Shown here: positions 10,897 to 23,607 of the stretch, piece after piece
How the letters are laid out: each line of letters begins with the position of its first letter
Position numbering within the stretch: position 1 is the first letter of the stretch
From: Dirinaria sp. TL-2023a
Lineage: Eukaryota
Reading direction: 5' to 3'
Assembly (NCBI GenBank): GCA_051941275.1
Contig: JAVEBF010000003.1
Location: forward strand, 1-64,000
DNA length: 64,000 nt
The notes under the pieces: model-generated
Databases searched by the model: none
Told to the model about the DNA's origin: nothing
The model's input: only the letters and a program-made list of their open reading frames with translations
Program-made: the position numbers and the translations under genes

Positions 10897-12879
10897 CTAA
10901 CCCTCAAATACGCCGTGATTGAGTTCGACGCCAAAATCTTTCGCGATCTTCGCCATATGCACCTCCATATCATCTTCCATCCCGCCGCCCATACCGAAGA
11001 CTTGCCGGATTTTGCTCGCGTAGAAGACCAGGTCGCTGCTGAACAGCACAAGCTTGAAGAGCAAGTGCCGGTACAGGTTCCTCGCTTTCTCTGTGAAGCT
11101 CAGATCCGGGCTTTCGACCAAGGCTCGTGAAGCCCAATTGCCGGTAATTTTGATGCGGTTGACGGGAGAGCCGAGGAACTGGTTGTTGCCTTGAACGATG
11201 CGGAGATTGCGGCCGATGAAGATCAGCTCTTGAGGGAAATCGGTTTCGTCTCCTAGGATTTCTTTGATCCCCTTGCGCATCTTTTGCTGCATCTCGTAGG
11301 CTCTTTCCGCTTGGTCTTTACCTGACAGCCCCATCTTGATGTCGCCTGAGACCCGGTTGTTGCCCCCCGTGTAGGGTCGCATCAGGGTAGCCGACGCGAA
11401 GATATCCGCATCGTTGATGCCCCAGCCTTTGATGATTTGGCTTATCGTCCTGTTGTCGAATGTCATGAGAGACTTCCAGAACAAGCTATACTGGTGGCGG
11501 AATTCGGGCTGCATGTGGACATAGAGACCGTGATCGATGAGGACGAGCTCAGGCTTCCCGGATGGAAGACGCCGGATGAAGATGTTTCCCGGATGAGGAT
11601 CGCAGTGAACCCAGCCCCACAAGAACATTTGCGCTGAGAAGAGATCGATCATTGTCGTCATTACGTCCTTCAGAGAGAGGCCTAGCCCGCCTTCACCATC
11701 AGCGCCTTTCCACCAGTCTCTTTTTGGTTTGAGCTTTTCGCGTGAAGGATCAGTCCCAACAGACTCGGCCATTTCACGGGCATTAGAGGGATCGAGAGGT
11801 TCACCGCGACATCCTGGGCTTCCCCTTCTCCATCCCCCGTGCCATTTTCCTGTGAGGCTTGCCTTATCCCAGAGACGTACGCCTTCTATCCATTCAGCGG
11901 TCATAACCCGCTTCGAACTCAGCTCTCGATAGACTTTCGGTATGTACACCTTGCCGCGTAGTCGAGGTTCGTTCGCCACCAATCTCGCCATGCGCTCGGA
12001 ATTGTCGGCTTCGTTCACGAAATCTGTCTCGAGCTGCAAACGTTCGGTGATGTACGGAACAAGGCTGTAGAGCGGAAGATCGAATAGCCAGGTATAGATT
12101 CGGGTGGTGACTTTGAATGTCCACAGATCCCAACCCACCTGACTGGCGATTTCTCGCTTCTGGATCTTGACCGCAACCTCTCTGCCATCCTGCAGCCTCG
12201 CCCAGTGCACTTGTGCTACACTGGCGCTTGCTCTTGCCGTCCGCTCCATGACACCCTTGTCCGGACGACCGTCAAAGCTCACCCCAAACACCTCTTCGGG
12301 CGATTTGCCAAAATCTTCCCTTATGACTTGCTCCACCTCTTTCCAGTTGTTCTGGGGAGCGTCATCGAACATTTTTGAGAACATCTTCTGGAATTCGGGA
12401 GGGAGTATCGCGGATTGCATTGCAATCGCCTGCCCGATTTTGAGGTACAGTCCGCCATTTGTACGCAGGAGATCGAACAGACGTTCGGCATTGCGATGAT
12501 GCAGGGCAGGAATAGAGGCCACGAGTGGGGGATGAGGGCGGAAGTTGATTTTGTAGTCTATGGCTACAACGACGCCGAGCCAGAAGGTGCGGACGCTGCG
12601 TGTCAAGGAGGAGGCGTATAGTTGCCGGTCGAGACCATACAGAGCTCCTGCGGCGGCGGAAAGGTAGAGCAGCCGGCGCAACCATTTTCGGGTGCGCGGA
12701 TACGTGCTCGGAGGCGAAGGCTTCGGAAGAGAGCCGGGAGCGGGTGGAGCAAAGGGTTGGAATTGTTGTGTTTGTAGAAGCCTTCGAAGTTTGACTCTTG
12801 TGGGATTGATGCAAGGGATGCTGGCCCTACTGGATCTCACGTAGCATCGCACGCACAGACCAGCAGGCGTTGCGATCAT
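10897..12879 (-). CDS. ABC1/UbiB (ADCK) atypical kinase, probably mitochondrial
   Basis: Single long ORF with NGGLYLKIGQ, ASASVAQVH, VAVKIQ, VHCDPHPGN and IDHGLY. Arg-rich N-terminus. Confidence 0.92.
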   Translation of the reverse strand: MIATPAGLCVRCYVRSSRASIPCINPTRVKLRRLLQTQQFQPFAPPAPGSLPKPSPPSTYPRTRKWLRRLLYLSAAAGALYGLDRQLYASSLTRSVRTFWLGVVVAIDYKINFRPHPPLVASIPALHHRNAERLFDLLRTNGGLYLKIGQAIAMQSAILPPEFQKMFSKMFDDAPQNNWKEVEQVIREDFGKSPEEVFGVSFDGRPDKGVMERTARASASVAQVHWARLQDGREVAVKIQKREIASQVGWDLWTFKVTTRIYTWLFDLPLYSLVPYITERLQLETDFVNEADNSERMARLVANEPRLRGKVYIPKVYRELSSKRVMTAEWIEGVRLWDKASLTGKWHGGWRRGSPGCRGEPLDPSNAREMAESVGTDPSREKLKPKRDWWKGADGEGGLGLSLKDVMTTMIDLFSAQMFLWGWVHCDPHPGNIFIRRLPSGKPELVLIDHGLYVHMQPEFRHQYSLFWKSLMTFDNRTISQIIKGWGINDADIFASATLMRPYTGGNNRVSGDIKMGLSGKDQAERAYEMQQKMRKGIKEILGDETDFPQELIFIGRNLRIVQGNNQFLGSPVNRIKITGNWASRALVESPDLSFTEKARNLYRHLLFKLVLFSSDLVFYASKIRQVFGMGGGMEDDMEVHMAKIAKDFGVELNHGVFEG

Positions 12880-14195
12880 CTCCACGATTCAATCGCCTGC
12901 CATGGTCAGACAAGATGACGATATCGATCTATTAGATATTAATAGTTCCCTCAATGTTGAGATGGAGTGCAAATCATATGTACCTTGTCGAATGTAGCCC
13001 ATGTAGGGCCACTAGAGTAGGCGAGTCTCGGTCTCGGCATCATAGCGCTCGCGCATCGGGCATGGCGCCTCGATGCCGGCTCGGCGATTTCATTTGCCCG
13101 GCATTGGGGCACTAGTGCTTATTGGGCCTCGAGCACATAAGCGAACGGGGGTGAAACTGTCGCAACTGCCAATAGTCTCTGTTTCACGACTCTTCTGCGA
13201 GGCAAACAAGTCGAGCCGACATCACCTTAAATTACTGCGAAGTACGGTACAGCAGGTACTTGTAGATAAGATGGATGCGGAGTACTCTTGAACACCCCAT
13301 GTTCAGGTTGCCATGCGCAGCTCTCCAACACGAGCTCGTTGTGAAAAGTCTATTCGGATGGACGCTTAGCCAAAATAAAGAAGAAGAAAAAAAAAAAAAA
13401 GGAAGCAATAGTAGTACCTTAGTCCAAAAATCATTAGTATGATGATGATTTTATCCGTGCTCCCGCTCGTCTCTTGCAATATTAATCTCGCGCAAAGTGG
13501 AGCCGAGAGGGAGAGAGTACCTTAGGTAAGGACTACCTAAGGACTACCTGGACTAGTGAGACTGAGATGCAAGAAATTGCTTGGCTTGATTGAACCTTTT
13601 GACTTTAAGGTAAAAGAAAGTTGCTTGGTGCAACTTCCTGCGAGAACAGGGAGCTTCACACCCTCGGCCCTCCCCCCCGAATGAAAGACACAAGACGCAA
13701 TACATACTGGACTTGCCTATTATAATTGCTTGATGGATGATTAACCCCAGCTTTTGCCCTTTGCCGATTCCTTTCCACAGTAGCCAGCCCTCCTTTGCTA
13801 CTGATTGCCAGACACGTTCACCCTCACGCTCATTATTTCCCAACTTTCTTTTTTTCCCTTGGCATTCTGCGCTAAACCTCGAACACATCGAACACCTTCT
13901 TCCATCTTTTGCCGGAGCGCACATGGCGTCGCAACGACTGCAGTAATAGCACCCTTTACAAGACGTTTCCCTCAACCCTCTTCCATAATACCAAATCCTG
14001 GAATTCCCCTCCGGTGGAAGGTGCGTACGGTGAGCAGTATGCGATCGGGCTTGTGGTAGCTGGGCTTCATCCAAGCCTCAACCACAAACTTCAAGACTTC
14101 CATATAACCGACGGCATTCAGACCATCGACTGCTCGCGACGCCATCCAACGCTCTCTCTACGGCATCAGAAGGCCATCCAAGTACCGACCCAAAT

Positions 14196-16754
14196 ATGCT
14201 TCGACCAGCGACGCCATTGTCTATTGTGCTTTCTGTCGCCTTCGTCCTACTGCTGCTCTCAACAATATCCACGCCCATTGTCCGAGGCATACCGCTCGCA
14301 ACGTTCGATGGAATTGACTTTGGGGTTTTTGGACACTGTAAAGGGGATTCATGCAGCGGTATCCAGATTGGTTACAAGACAGGTATGTTACTCTTCGTCC
14401 ACAGCCGGTTTTCGTACGACTATACCCCTCGGGTTGCTGCTCGAAGCCGTTCCGCGGGGGAAGGCTGTCCGTTGCTTGTCATACTAAATGGTTGCACATA
14501 GACTCGCAGACGCTCTTTGGTAACGACAATGAGAATAATGACTTCTCTCTCCCCGCCGGCGCCCGGTCTTCCTTATCCTCAATCCTCATAGTCCACCCAA
14601 TTGCGGCTCTGCTCACATTGATATGTCTCATCCTGGCCGCGACCGCTCATCTACACTCTCCTTCACACTCGCCGAGATACCTTATGGCCTTGCTACTATT
14701 GTTGATTCCGACGCTACTAATCACCTTGCTTGCATTCCTAGTGGACATTCTGCTGTTCGTCCCGCACCTCAAATGGGGAGGATGGATTGTTCTCGTGTCC
14801 ACAATATTGATTACTATCGCGGGTGTGGTTACATGCGCGATGCGCAGGACACTTGTCAGCAGAAAGGCTCGCAAGAAGAGAATAGCAGAGAACGCGGAAA
14901 TGAATGGGCAGAATTTCTACGCCCGCCAAGCTGGAGCTCGGGCAGAATCTCCTCCACCACTCGATCAAACTGCTGCACCGATGGCCAACGGTGCGCCAAT
15001 GGCAGACAAGCTTCCTACGTTCGCAACTTTCGAAAAAGCACCGCAAGGAACCGATGAAGAGCGCATCCCACTGAAATCGAGGAGTCCTTCCAATAGGACT
15101 GCTCCTAGTAGTGCTACGCGCACAGTCCCCTCGGAAGAAGGGATCAATAGGTATGGCGGACCTGAACGAGGAGGCAATGGAGGTATGCGAGACGTGCCAG
15201 GTGATGGATACGGTGGAAGCCGTGATGCGTATGGTAATCCACTACCACCGTTGAACGTCGGGAATTCGATGGCAGTAGGAGGCGTGCGCAGAGACCAATC
15301 AGAGCCACCAATGAGGCGTCAATACTCAAATGAAACGATGAACTCGCAAGGCTCACGAGGGAGAGGCAGAGGAGGCTACCCACCTAGAGGCTACGGCAGG
15401 GGTGGACCCTATAGGCCCGGTCGGGGAGGGCCGGGGATGAATGGGTACGGTCGAGGGATGCAGATAGATGGACCACCGCCAGGCTACGGAAACGGCAGCC
15501 CTTTCCCACCGATGGGAACAGGGCCAAACCGAGGTCCGGGTGGTTATGGTCGTGAACAGTCTGCTCCGGGTTACGGTCGAAGACCGTCGCCAGGGCCGCC
15601 TTCCGCGCCGGGGGGTTACTACGGCAGACGACCATCGCCAGGACCACCTTCAGCACCTGGAGGGTATGGCAGGAGACCCTCTCCAGGCCCGCCTTCTGCG
15701 CCTGGAGGGTATGGCAGGCAAGCTTCTCCTGGGCCTCCATCCGCGCCTGGTGGTTACACAGCCTATGGGTCGCGTGAGCCATCACCAGGAGCCCAAAGCG
15801 CGCACAGGATACCAAGATCGGAATCGCCGCCACCACCATTGCCCATGCCACATCCTAGTGATGGCCCTATCGGACAGGCGGTAGAGATGGACGCATATAC
15901 CGGTAGTCCCCAGCGGTCTCCTCGTTTCCATCAACCCATGCAACTACGAGACAGCGACAGTGATGTGCAGGGGTTGGTTGGGCTTCAGCAGGGGCAAAAT
16001 CACAGAGAATCGCCTTTGAGTTTGAGTAGCGTCTATAGCTCTCAAGAGTAAGTCTCCGCCAGTGTGGGACATTTAAGAACAAGCCACTGATAGATTTAGA
16101 CCCTACGTCCCCCCCCGTGCTGCGTGGGCAGGAGGGCCTTCTCGCAGCGGAACTCCTCCAGCTGTTAACGCAAGCCAGCCCCTTTCTCCCGTACATGCCT
16201 CTCCAGCCGAGCTTCCTACGCCAGTCGACCAACCGTCCCAGGGTGCTCCCGTACAGCAACCCGCACAGCAGCGTGCCGCTCACATGCGCTACAACTCCGG
16301 CGATAACTATTACGAAGACGTGGATCCACGTTTTGCGGCACCCGAGCCTGCTCCTCCTGCCAGTAGCCCCCTCCCTTCATCCTTAATGGCAGGTCCGAAC
16401 GCCGCCTCCAATCTCCAAGTAGATCGCGGCCACTCTCCTGCCCATCTAGAGCCATCCAGCTCCTATGAGGACATGCAAGACGGTACTCGCTCACCTGCTA
16501 CGAGCGATAATAGCAACTATACCTCGATATCGCAGCGAGGTGTCAACCCGGCTTGGAGGCCACCGCCAAGTGGTATGGGTATGGGCGGTGTTCCAAATCG
16601 AAGACCGGCGCAACAGCAGAGAGATGTGCTCCTCGCGAATCCTGACTTCGAGCTTCCGAGTGGTGGACGCGGTGGCCGAGGCGGCTTCCGAGGCGGCCGA
16701 GGCGGAAGACTGCCAGGCCAAATTCCAGGAATGATGCCAGCCAGCGGCAGTTAG
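14196..16754 (+). CDS. palI: PalI/Rim9 (SUR7 family) pH-signalling membrane protein with long cytosolic tail
   Basis: MLRPATPLS start, FGVFGHC..C motif, several TM segments followed by TCAMRRTLVSRKARKKRIAENAEM, and YVPPRAAW. Introns 14383-14501 and 16048-16099. Confidence 0.88.
15569..15757 (+). repeat. Four tandem copies of a coding repeat of about 15 aa (GYGRRPSPGPPSAPG) inside palI
   Basis: Visible in translation. The nucleotide copies differ mostly at third codon positions. Confidence 0.9.
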
Positions 16755-17534
16755 TCCAGCAAAGTCTCAATCCTCACCGATCTCGAGCCATTTGCGCTTC
16801 ACCACGTCACCAACATCATCATGATACCACAGATTGGTCTTTGGTTTCCACCACTTCATAATCCATTCAAATCTCTGATACCGATTAGCTTCGAACGACG
16901 ATTCACTGGCATTTCGGCAACCACGAATTTTTCCACGAATTCAACGGGCACTTACATACAGTTCTTTTCATGTACATTCTACATACAGAAACCCTGGGCG
17001 AGAGCCTTACCGATGCTTTTCGTTTCCAGGTCTTGTGATGAAGGAAGGCTTTTTTTATTTCTGGCGGACCTAATGTGCGTGATCGAGAGCATTGATTTGG
17101 AGGTGTTGGAATTCATTGGGACGGCAGGAAGCCTGTCTTTGGCAGTGAATATGGTAGAAAATACGGAGTCTCACGAGATTAGTACATATTCGTTACTTCG
17201 AAACCCGTGGTGATGAATGGGCCACACATTCTCGAAGTGCTTGGACTTGTATCGTCATAGAAGAAGATGCAGCACCGCAAAATCAGTCACTGTCCATTGC
17301 AGTCGACTCACTTGTCCTTTTACTTTTGATAGATGAAAGCGCCAAGCCCACTAGCTTCATACATTTGTGCCGAGGTTGCCCCATTTGGAATCTGCCCGTC
17401 GCCGACACCTTCCAAGTCCCGCAACCAAAGTTCATAAGCTCATAATAAGGTGAGGTAGCTGTACCTTCCTTTACTTTCGTTCTAGCATCTACGCCAAGGG
17501 CAGATGCTCCTGCGTACAGTGGCCTTAGGCTTTC

Positions 17535-19148
17535 ATGACCTCCTTTGAACCCATTGCTGCATCTCCACCAAGCCATCACCCCCCTTTCTCCCACCCGTCA
17601 TTGCAACATCAACCTTTCTCCGATCCCAGTCGCCTGGCGCCTGAAGACGCCTTCTTAGCCCATTCTCCACCTCGAACCCGACGGGAGAAGAGGTTCGCCG
17701 AATCAGCGAACAGTGGCTCACATGAAGCAAGCCAATACGGTACAAGTGACAATGGCCTTCTACGTCGAAAGCGCGACAAGGATCGAGGCAGGAGCGGAAG
17801 CCGGAGGAGGAAGGGAGAGTGGAAGAAGTTGCTGTGGGTGAGGCATCCAGGATGTACGGAAACCGCCACCAACTACAACTCTCTGCCGCCTTTGGAAGTA
17901 CCTAACGCCGTATAGATCCAGACAACTACACCGACCCCCCAACATTTCTCTCTCATCTACAGCGCAATCCCCGCTTGCAGCTCTATGATTTCTGGCCGCT
18001 TGTCGCAGACTCCACCGTCATTGTTCAGCATATCTGCTCGGTTGCAATCTTTGTCTGCTGCTTTGTTGGTATCTATCTGGAGCGCATATCTCCGGTCTCG
18101 GTCGTCAGTTTGGGCAGTGCAGGGACCGTACTTGGATGGGTACTTTGGGACTTCTGGGCGGGACAAGAAGCAGCAAGAGCAAGCACCGAAAGTACTGCTG
18201 CGTTGCCAGCCGTGGATGCGGGTCTCAGCGACATAGGGAGCGGTATAAGCTCAGGGCTAGGCATTGAAACTTCAGTCTCTCATAGCAAAGAACCTCAAGC
18301 TCTCGGACTTGGTCTAACCTTTAATACAAACAGCACGAAGCTTCGTCGCGGTCATTCGCCGTCGCAGAGCTTAACTTCCATTCCCTCTGCGTCATCCGCT
18401 CCATCCTCTACGTCGTCGGTCAACGCACATAGTTCAGCTTACTTTGGAAGTCAAGGCGCTCAAACTCCCTATTACACATCGGATTCGCCGTTCTCGACTC
18501 GAAATCAGCGACGCCTTGCAACTGCCAAGTCTGCTGTGCTGATATACTGCTCACTGCTGGGGCTGAGCCCTATTCTAAAATCATTAACCAAATCGACAAC
18601 CAAAGACTCGATCTGGGCACTGAGTAGCTGGCTGATGCTGATCAACATCTTCTTCTTTGATTATGGCGGTGGAGTGGGTGTAAAGTAAGTTTTACTTCGA
18701 TGCTTCTGGCCTTTGGCGAAGAATAATCTTATCCTCGCGCAGATTTCCAGCTTCGCTGTCCACCAATGCTGCTCTGATGGCATCTACAGTGCTCGCGTCT
18801 CGACTAACGAGCACTACCCACGTGTTTAGTCTCACTCTCTTCAGCATTGAGGTTTTTGGACTTTTCCCCGTGTTTCGTCGGCACCTCCGCCACTACTCCT
18901 GGCAGGGTCATCTATTTCTTACATTTGCCCTGGTTTTGGGAGCAGGCGCCGGGATGGGTATTACTTTGGCACCTGAATCAAGTACCTGGAAGGCCGCTTC
19001 GGTCGGCATTCTCTTGTGGGGCATGGCTACTGCGATAGGAATGGGTGGTTGCAGCTGGTGGCTGATTGGGTTACAAAGGTACAAAAACGTGGTCATTGGA
19101 CCGTGGGATCCAGCCAGGCCAGTCATAAGAGCTGGTCAATGGGAGTAG
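17535..19148 (+). CDS. GPI2: GPI-GlcNAc transferase subunit Gpi2/PIG-C
   Basis: WKKLLWV..YPDNYTD, LSPILKSLTKSTTKDSIW, SLSTNAALMASTVLASRL and KNVVIGPWDPARP. Introns 17854-17915 and about 18685-18742. Confidence 0.92.
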
Positions 19149-19164
19149 CGAGTCCCTTCGCTAG

Positions 19165-19803
19165 CTAGTCGATATCAACAGCCTGATTTATACTCATGGT
19201 CCTCTCCGCAACGATGGTCCAATCTTTGAGCTCCCTCCAGGTTTCCACCAGGACCATCTGGCCACCATCCCACCCATCATGGCCTTCACGCTCTCTTCCG
19301 CCTAGGAGTCCTTCAGTCTCTAAGCGAACGCCAGCTTCAATCAAATCGTCCAACACCTCGCGACGCCTCGATTCACCGATATCGATATCTGCGTACAGCA
19401 AGCTTACGTGCGGCGCATAGTTTTCGCCGAACCACTGCATGGCGGCCACGTCATCGCCACCTTCCACCGCCGCCGCACGTGCTTGGACCGCTAGTTCCTG
19501 TAGAGGAGCTTTTTTCGAGCTCAATGTGAGCTTCTTGAAGAATTGCTGGCTCACGTCGAGTGATTGCAAGTTGACGGATGGCGGCTCGGAGACAGATATC
19601 GAAAGACCATCGAGCCACTCTTGAGGGTTTTCACCCACGGTCTCTGTAGCAATATCGCTTGTCAGAGTAAGGTGTGGAGGGAAATTTGGAGGGGCATCCA
19701 GCTCCGGGAAGCGTGCCGGGACAGTTTTGGCGATGAGCGTTGAGAGGATCTCGTGGATGTCGGATTTGGAAGGAGGGATGAGCCATAGTGATGCGCCTGG
19801 CAT
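19165..19803 (-). CDS. CPD1: 2',3'-cyclic-nucleotide 3'-phosphodiesterase (2H phosphoesterase, Cpd1-like)
   Basis: MPGASLWLIPP start and two HxT/S motifs (PPHLTLTS, APHVSLLY). Confidence 0.85.
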   Translation of the reverse strand: MPGASLWLIPPSKSDIHEILSTLIAKTVPARFPELDAPPNFPPHLTLTSDIATETVGENPQEWLDGLSISVSEPPSVNLQSLDVSQQFFKKLTLSSKKAPLQELAVQARAAAVEGGDDVAAMQWFGENYAPHVSLLYADIDIGESRRREVLDDLIEAGVRLETEGLLGGREREGHDGWDGGQMVLVETWRELKDWTIVAERTMSINQAVDID

Positions 19804-20881
19804 TTTCCAAGTTCGCCTCAATAATCAGTGACAGGATCCTGGAAAGTGTGGATTCCGATGTGGGAAAGGTAGGCCAAAAGGGCTGATAATCGGAACACCA
19901 AAGCTTGCGGTTCCTTAAAGAACCCACGAGTTGCGTTCAAAGTGATATGATATCACGGTCAAGTAGCGCAGGGTAGGTCCAATGTAGGATCGAGTGCCCC
20001 GATATCCAACTTAGTTCGTCGATGCCAAGCTTCCACTTAATCGTAATGCGGTTCGGGAGTCAGCGACAGACAGGGAGTGTAAGAAGGAGCCGTCCTGATC
20101 ATCCCCGCTTAGAATACCATCCATAGCTCCAAAAGGTATCTTACACATACAGCTCATCTAGATTCAGTGGTAGTGCAACTTAATCGTAACGTGATCAAGC
20201 AGAATTTCCGTCCTTTGAAAGAAAGAATAATAATCACGGGCATAAAATTTTTCCTCCGGAAGGGCGGATCTTTTTAGTGCTTACCCCATGGTAGGAAGTA
20301 CGAGTACTCGTACAGTAGTAGTCTGTTACCCCCCACCCACCCACGAAATGCCTCCGAGCTACAGACTACAGTACATACATGTAGTCAGATCACGCGACTA
20401 ACATCCTCTTCAACTCTCGCTTGCTGACAAAGGAGGGAAAGAGAGGGGCCGGAGTATCATCATTGTCATCCTTATCATTGTTATGCACTACTTACTACTG
20501 TGTGTCACTGAATTGAGGTGGCTAGCTAGCCTCAACTGATCGTGATTCCTCAATTGACTGTTGTATACCCCACGAACCCCGCTCTTTACATATATGTACT
20601 TTCTGAAGCTATGACCAGAGGGGGGAGAGAAATGAGAGGATGATTTATGAGGGATGATTTTGAGCGTGTCTGCAAATAGACAGCTCTGTGGTAGGTAAGA
20701 GAATAATGGGTGGAGGTGATGGAGGTCCTTTGGGTTGGGGAAAATAGGACGTTTTATAGATTGAGTTGCATCTTATTTCGGGGGTTTGGGTTCCACTTGG
20801 GGGAATACGGGCATGCGAATAGATTGGAAGACTCATCTTATTGGGGAGAAGAATTGGGCAGCTGTGGAGGGTTCATACTTG

Positions 20882-20913
<32 letters not shown>

Positions 20914-21916
20914 TGGAAAATTGGATCAGAGCAGTCAGGTGTGGCCAGGGGGAATATTGAAAATTACCTGAAGACAAAATGAGATTGATGGGCTGCATTT
21001 GAATTGTCCTCAGAGACTTTCCTCAGATTAAAAAATTAGCGACTGTTTTCCAGAACCTTGGTCAGAAGGAGCGCATAGTCCGTATGGGCCTAGGTGATTT
21101 TGGTTAACTTGTGGTGTGGGAAAGGCTTCTATATAAATTGGTGTAGAAGAAGCTCAATTTCAGCAGCGAGTGGAGTGACGGATCTGGGGAGAGCAGGTAA
21201 TAGATTCAAACGAAGATTCGAACGAGACGGACATGTTAGGTAGATAGCACATCCACGCTGATCAAATACTAGTACCAATTCTCGGGTTTCGTCCGAGCAG
21301 ACGAAAATGAAGGAACGGCGAAGTTCCCTGGTGACCAGCTCCATATGCTGTAGATGTAGGAAAGCCGGCTCCATGTGTAACTCATCTGCTCTCGGACAAA
21401 GGGCGATGCGAGCTTAACGCTTCATGATCGACATCTATTGAAGTCCCTCGTACAGGAACGGTAGCTTCTCGGATCCGCTGTGATGGTTACTTTCATATCG
21501 TGGCTCGGTCAGGTCTCGATGGGTTGTGGACAGAAGTCTTGTACGCTGTACCATGTGATGAAATCGTCCAGCTTCCTTCGGGATTTTGTTCAAGGTCTTC
21601 CAGGACCTGCTGAATGGATACTCGTAGATTGAAGTAGTGTTTTTTATTTTTTTTTATTTTTATTTTTTTTTTGGGCGATCGGCGATCTTCTGGCTGGCAG
21701 AAATTCCTGTTCGAGCTTGTACTAAGCTCTCAAGGAGTAAATGTTAAAGCTCTATCCTGGTGCATAGGTCTATATTATCTCGCTCCTTCAGAGAGCATCA
21801 AATTCCTACCATGTAGCAGGCTGCATTATATGGTAGGCCGCTATCAAGCCATGCAACGCTATTGGTGAAGATCAAAATGGATGGAATATCCCTTTACATT
21901 GTACACACACTCTGGA

Positions 21917-22979
21917 TCAGAAGGTCTCTTGGTCATCCTGAACGCCTTCATCTGCCTCGGCTGGTATCTCAAATCCCTCCTAGGGCATCCCGGTAAGCTT
22001 TTTCATAGCACAAGGACAAGAACAAAAACTCACTTCTGTCGAATAAAGTATCGTCTGAATATGCTTCACCAACCCCTCCTCGTCCTTCTCTATTTCTGGA
22101 TCGACTTCTATGGCCTGTTGCAACAAGAGCTCAATATCCCTCAGTTTGCTGAAATAGAAGTCTCGTTCCCTCTCCAACCCTTGAATTGTCTCCTTCAGCT
22201 GATTGTTCTCATTGACCAGTGCCGCGCTCCCAGGACCCGGTCCGCCGGGTCTCGTGGCTCTAGCAGCTGTTGTGGGTGTGGTGCCTCTCCTCGCCGCGCC
22301 GGTACCGACACCTGAAGTACGTGCTGTTGTTGGAGGTGGGGCGGTGGATGCAGGAGCTCCGGATGCTTTCCGGCGGGCGAGGGCGTCGTAGTCGCCTCCG
22401 GGGAAGTACTGATCCCAGTAGCGCTTAGTCCACTGCAGAAATTCGAGATTGTCTTGCATTTTGCATTTGATGAGGGCTTCGATGGGAATAGCACGATCAA
22501 TCTGGTGTTTGGTGAAACTGTCTGCTCCTCGTCAGAGACAGGCACTTCCACTGGAAGAGGGAGGAACCAAGTCCTTTACTCTGAAGGATTTTGAAATTCT
22601 GAAGGTAGGCATATTCGGTGTTAACATTAAACTTTACTCTGCTCATGGGTAGGTCCTCTGATTAGGTCAGGCTCGAACTTCCAGCGACGGCACGGCGGCA
22701 GATCTACATACGGAATATGCTATCATAGATCTGGCACAAAGCTGCGCTAGCCGGCACGTCAGTGTATTTTCTTCTCCGAGTTTGTGGCAGCCGATTGGCA
22801 CGTTCTGGATCATGGGCGCTCATACCCTGTTCCGCATTGCTCCACTTTCGTGACATTGAGTTGGAGCAGATTGTTCAGCCAGGCCAGAAGCTCCTGTCTG
22901 ACAGAGAAAGGACGTCAGTGACTTCTGGTCTATCTAAATGGTATCGAGGTGGTTTTGAATAGTACCTGGACTCCCCCAT
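21917..22979 (-). CDS. BIM1: EB1/Bim1/Mal3 microtubule plus-end binding protein
   Basis: MGESR|QELLAWLNNLLQL, CKMQDNLEFLQW, LERERDFYFSKLRDIE, ILYSTE and an acidic tail ending QETF. Several short introns. Confidence 0.93.
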
Positions 22980-23607
22980 ACTGGGTGGTTTGTGGGCAGC
23001 CTAGCGAGGATTAAGGGTGAGGCGACTTCTGAATCAGACCGTCCAGAGTAGAGATGGGAATAGTCCTGGAATCTCTCTGGAGACCAAAGAGAGGCATATG
23101 ACGTTGTCTGTGGTCAAGAATAGAGAAATTTTTGTCTGGATTTCAGTATGCCTCATGACCTGAGGGTATCAACACAAGTCGCTGAATCAACCAATCACGC
23201 AGCTTCCACTCCCGCTTAGAGTTAGGGCTAAGCAAGCTAGCGATCAGAGCAAAGCTCGCTCCACCGGCCTAAGTTAAGCACGCAGTACCTTATTGTACAT
23301 CGAGTTTGCCAATGGCTTCTTGAGATACCCGGCACTACAGTATTTACATTAAAAAGGGGATCTGAATGCGCCAAGTCAAAGCTATTCACTGCTCCTATTC
23401 TATTGCTATTTCATCTGCGTCTAAGAATGCTGCTCGCTGTAATATGTACACTTAACTTCGTCCTCCATATCGTACAGCAGCCCCTTCATGCACCAGCTAG
23501 CCTCCTCAACCGATCAACGTTATAACGTTTTCCAGATGCAGCGACACATCCAAGAGTTCATCATAACGGATCGTCCGAATTCATAACCATCCGCCAGCCA
23601 TAATCAC

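Noticed and set aside
13553..14487. ORF-track ORFs of 170-190 aa upstream of or overlapping the palI start
   Set aside because: No protein-like motifs. They lie in the palI promoter/leader or in its alternative frames.
20882..20907. Poly(T)/poly(A) tracts (also at about 43-59, 13387-13400, 21641-21672)
   Set aside because: Ordinary intergenic homopolymers with no target-site duplications or retroelement body attached.
21551..21617. Box C/D snoRNA-like pattern (GTGATGA ... CTGA with CCAT/ATGG ends)
   Set aside because: No convincing internal C'/D' boxes and no rRNA-complementary guide that I could identify. Plausibly chance, and snoscan would settle it.
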